From: Lentisphaeria bacterium
Lineage (GTDB): Bacteria > Verrucomicrobiota > Lentisphaeria > JABSQK01 > JAWLHB01
Assembly: GCA_041690595.1 (NCBI GenBank)
Contig: JAWLHB010000045.1
Coordinates: 1-64,000, forward strand
Direction of reading: 5' to 3'
DNA length: 64,000 bases
The translations under genes were made by a program, and so were the position numbers. Below are positions 63,897 to 64,000 of this stretch, in pieces; the first letter of the stretch is position 1, and each line of letters opens with the position of its first letter. The notes beneath the pieces are model-generated. The model was not told the origin of the DNA and made no database searches. It saw only the letters and a list, made by a program, of their open reading frames with translations.

Positions 63897-64000
63897 ATGC
63901 ATCGCGAAACCATCACATCGTTGCCTGAACAGTCCCTCTGGGGAGACGCTTTCCCGAGCAGACGGAGCTGCTTTACGCTGATCGAGCTTCTCGTCGTCAT
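63897..64000 (+). CDS. Prepilin-type N-terminal cleavage/methylation protein (partial, runs off the window)
   Basis: [44 protein letters not shown]. Confidence 0.85.
   Translation, partial: MHRETITSLPEQSLWGDAFPSRRSCFTLIELLVV

Noticed and set aside
1..64000. CRISPR array, rRNA, tRNA or intact transposase
   Set aside because: No regularly spaced repeats, RNA-gene signatures or full-length transposase ORFs were seen by eye.

Overview
GC-rich bacterial window, probably from the PVC superphylum (Lentisphaerae/Planctomycetes-like, inferred from its prepilin-type 'FTLIELLVV' genes). It is almost entirely carbohydrate-catabolism modules: GH3, GH5, GH78, GH84-like, GH113-like and GH42-like hydrolases, two heparinase II/III-like proteins, a sulfatase, uxuA, an RraA-type aldolase, SDR and Gfo/Idh/MocA oxidoreductases, two URO-D-like proteins and several very large exported proteins of unknown function. 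Each of the four GntR/LacI-type regulators lies directly beside a prepilin-type gene (two complete, one cut by the window edge, one decayed to 37 codons), and I found no recognisable ABC, MFS or TonB/SusCD transporter in the 64 kb. This suggests a 'pilin-PUL' architecture in which pseudopilin-like proteins may help capture glycans. Recognisable hydrolases mostly lack signal peptides, while several exported proteins have degenerate active-site motifs. Module junctions are mosaics of gene fragments, and a structured 83-bp element occurs twice. No rRNA, tRNA or CRISPR array was seen. All family calls come from reading motifs, not from database searches.
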